A stretch of 63,686 nt of DNA, the filler included, from Pirum gemmata (lineage: Eukaryota), in assembly GCA_002812295.1 (NCBI GenBank). It is 18 parts of 18 records of this genome, joined end to end, with 100 filler letters (N's around TTAATTAATTAA, not from the genome) between each part and the next. Parts side by side here need not be neighbours in the genome. Positions count along the whole stretch, not along the records: positions 60,387 to 63,686 come from PDIN01002957.1; 17 more parts are not named here. The stretch is one strand, 5' to 3'. The position numbers were made by a program, and so were the translations under genes. Below, piece by piece: positions 62,459-63,686 of this stretch (positions are counted from its first letter, which is position 1; each line of letters starts with the position of its first letter). The notes beneath the pieces were generated by a model, which saw nothing but the letters and a program-made list of their open reading frames with translations, did not search any database and was not told the origin of the DNA.

Positions 62459-63686
62459 TACTTTCAAATGTGGAATAGGCATTTTACGTGGATAAAGGCA
62501 AAAATGTCTAAATGCTGTCCCCCAAAAGCCGCGTCAGATTAAAATAAAATATTTATTATTTATTATTTTTAAAAATATTTATTATTTATTATTTATTATT
62601 TATTATTTATTATTTATTATTTATTTATTTTAATCTCATTAATAAAAGAAGAAGAAATATAATATTATTATGATATGAAAAACTATGAAAAACATGAACT
62701 GTCATTTGGTTGGTACATGATTTTACGGGATTTTACGGGATTTGGAAAATCATGAAAACCATTAACCATAAAAATATAATGCTTAAATATAATTGGTTTA
62801 ACATTTTTACCATATTTAGAATATGCTTTCACACATACCGGTATGGTACAATAAACTGGTACGTAGGTCTCACCGTCTCGGAGAAAGCAAAGTGATACAA
62901 ATTGTTAATTCCTTTCAAAATTGGAAAATACTAACAACTTAAGCCAAATATCGCACCCATAAATATTTGAAATACTACTTATTGGACTATATTTGTAAAG
63001 TATTACTATTTTAAGCGACTACAAATTTGGCAAATAGCTCTTTTTAAGTAAAACGCACCAATAAAGTTTGGATGAGCTAAGGTACTGCTAAGGTTATCAC
63101 TTTGCAGCGCTTTGCTATGCTCAGAGAGTTCTAAATTTCACTCTAATTTTATTTTTCGAACAAAAGTAATGTAATAGTTATTAAATAGATTTGAAATATT
63201 CGAACATATTATATAATAAAATGTGGGACTTTTAACTAGTAAAAAAAAGTATTAAATAGGACGTTTTTTTATTGTTTGCACTTTTGCACCATACATAATT
63301 TCATTCATGGTTGGTAATATCGTGCTTTTCCATCTGTTGTTTTGTCATCATAAAAATTACAATAAAGATTACCAAATTAAAACAATATAAATCCATTTAA
63401 TTTAATTTGCTCTGATATATTTTATTATCTATTAAATTTTATTCATTTAAAAATATCAATTTGCAATTTAAAAGTTATAACCTACCAAGCAAATTTTTAA
63501 ATGAATAAATAGATAATAAAATAATATCAAATTTTAAATGAAATATATCTATATTATAATAATTTGGTACTCTTTATTGTATATTTTATGATGGATAAAA
63601 CAACTGAAAATTGTTGAGACAAACCAAACACACAAACCGACACGCGAACAAACACGCGAACAAACACGAGAACAAACAAAGATCGC

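Overview
This window is not one locus. It is 18 short contigs (mostly about 3.2-3.3 kb) of a very AT-rich, microsatellite-laden eukaryotic genome, joined by 17 artificial N44-TTAATTAATTAA-N44 linkers, so adjacency across linkers means nothing. GT-AG introns, TTAGGG repeats and the gene set suggest a unicellular opisthokont-like eukaryote (inference only). Recognisable host genes: spliced transketolase (5' part missing), DBT, a P4-ATPase exon, a two-UBZ zinc-finger protein, a clan GH-A glycoside hydrolase with Cys-rich repeats, a temptin/DBH-like copper monooxygenase, a GT-like + alginate-lyase fusion, an LRR protein, a broken class-A GPCR and several secreted Cys-rich or orphan proteins. Mobile DNA: a decayed Harbinger/ISL2EU-type transposase, a Ty3/gypsy protease remnant and at least six MITE families. 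The most unusual contig is 10122-13421. It is a terminally redundant ~3.16 kb unit of bacterial (Bacteroidota endosymbiont-like) DNA in which an uninterrupted AAA-ATPase + PD-(D/E)XK nuclease ORF sits next to short, decayed, end-to-end fragments of normally unlinked genes (rpsE, pnp, miaA, a sodium:solute symporter), all bounded by host-type (TAA)n/(TAG)n microsatellites. All family assignments come from motif recognition by eye; no searches were run.
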